Notes under the pieces: generated by a model | Told to the model about the DNA's origin: nothing | Seen by the model: the letters and a program-made list of their open reading frames with translations, nothing else | Databases searched by the model: none | Program-made: the position numbers and the translations under genes | DNA from: Peribolospora baueri | Lineage: Eukaryota | Length of the DNA: 52,603 nt | Direction of reading: 5' to 3' | Assembly (NCBI GenBank): GCA_029717555.1 | Contig: JAMDHS010000069.1 | Span: 62,001-114,603 of the forward strand | In this document: positions 51,334 through 52,603 of the stretch, one piece after another | How positions within the stretch are numbered: the first letter of the stretch is position 1 | Layout: each line of letters starts with the position of its first letter

Positions 51334-51667
51334 GACCGAGAGGAGGTGAGTGCGCGTCCTCGCCGAGGCGTTGTGCACCGCCGGATGGAGCGTCCTGTCC
51401 GACTCGGGCGACATCGAGCGCGCTTCAGGCCGCCCGCCGGTTTGTGAGAGAGGAAGGGCATTCACCGGTAGGGAAAATCGAGCTATCCGTTGCCTCATTA
51501 CCGAACGCTTTCGCCGACGCGTTCGCCAGCTGCTAACGGGGTAGAGGGCCGGGGACTACCGGAACACGACTAGTTCGAATGACGAGACTGTATCTACGGA
51601 TGGAGACGGGAACGAACTCGTCTCCCAAAGTTCGTTCTACGGCAACGCCGGCGTGAGAGCTGCACGG

Positions 51668-52603
51668 GATCCTCGGGCAAACATGCTGCTCCAAGTTCCG
51701 GGCGGTCATTCAGCTCAGAACCGGTGCGACGGGTTTTCGGGCATGCTGGTGTGCTCGGAGGACTACGTCACCTATAAGCACCAAGGAGCAGAGACGCATC
51801 GGGTGCTGATTCCCTGGAGAAGAAATCCGCTCGAGGAGGTCGATGAGAGCCGTGGCACACTGATCGTTGCCAGTGTGATGCACAAGATGAAAATGCGCCC
51901 TTTTTAGGCGTTTCATCGTCGACTTCCTCTGACCTTGATCCACCCTATTTCCTACAAGGCGCCTTTTTCTTTCTCTTACAATCCGAGTTCGGTGATCTGT
52001 ACAAGGTCACCATTGAGCACGAGGACGATGAGATCGGGGCGCTCAAGATAAAGTACTTTGATACCACCTCCAGTCTTTGCATACTTCGTGCCGGTTTCTT
52101 GTTCGTTGCCAGCGAGATGGGCAGCTCGTGAGTGTCGACCGTTTTATTTTCGGCAATTAAGTACCTCGTGTTCGTCAATTTATTTTCTCATTTTTGTCAT
52201 TCGGCAAGCAGGTATTTGTACTCCTTCCAAAAGCTAGGTGACGACGACGATCAGCCCGAATTCTCTTCCGCCGATATCCGTCCTTTGGTGCTCTAGACCC
52301 TCCGCCAGCGCCGCCGCTCTTCACCCCCCGCCCTCTCGACAACCTCTTGTTGGCCGACGAGCTTCCCGCGCTCGATCCCATTCTCGACGCCAAAGTCCTC
52401 AATGTTCTCCCGGGCGCGGACACGCCTCAGATCTTCACAGCGTGTGGGCGCGGTGCGAGAAGTAGTTTTAAGATGCTTCGATACGGTTTGGAAGTGGAGG
52501 AGGTGGTCAGTTCCAAACTACCAGGCGTGCTGAATGCGGTTTGGACGACCAGGCTTAGAAGAGATGGTGAGGTAGCTCTATGTCAGGGAGGACTTCCCTA
52601 CTC
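51668..52603 (+). pseudogene. RSE1: Internal fragment of splicing factor RSE1/SF3B3, degenerate copy running off the window
   Basis: DPRANMLLQVPGG...SGMLVCSEDYVTYKH...[31 protein letters not shown]...[36 protein letters not shown]...TPQIFTACGRGARSSFKMLRYGLEV. N-terminal part absent; donor at ~51893 reads AT; usual VP motif after YFDT missing; frameshift near 52275. Confidence 0.85.

Overview
This is a GC-rich, intron-dense fungal window, most likely from a basidiomycete. The introns are short, with GT(R)AG donors, CTRAC branch points and YAG acceptors, so the ORF track captures only exon pieces. About 15 intact spliced genes can be read: a LIM-binding/Mfg1-like regulator (partial), IMP3, TIM8, GRC3/NOL9, SmE, EAF7, a GH85 ENGase, a secreted FAD-linked oxidase, glyoxalase I, a GH16 glucanase, a GH92 alpha-mannosidase, a MetE-like protein, xylulokinase, RVB1 and a P1B heavy-metal (Cu) ATPase. 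Several decayed pieces missed by the ORF track were found by reading frames by hand. The most notable is a bacterial-type organomercurial lyase (MerB) relic head-to-head with the metal ATPase. The others are a GMC oxidoreductase pseudogene whose middle ~1.9 kb is inverted, orphan fragments of RSE1/SF3B3, class III ADH and an APH-like kinase, and degenerate 21-bp and 42-bp tandem repeats. All family calls come from motif recognition by eye, with no database search; coordinates of multi-exon genes span start to stop.
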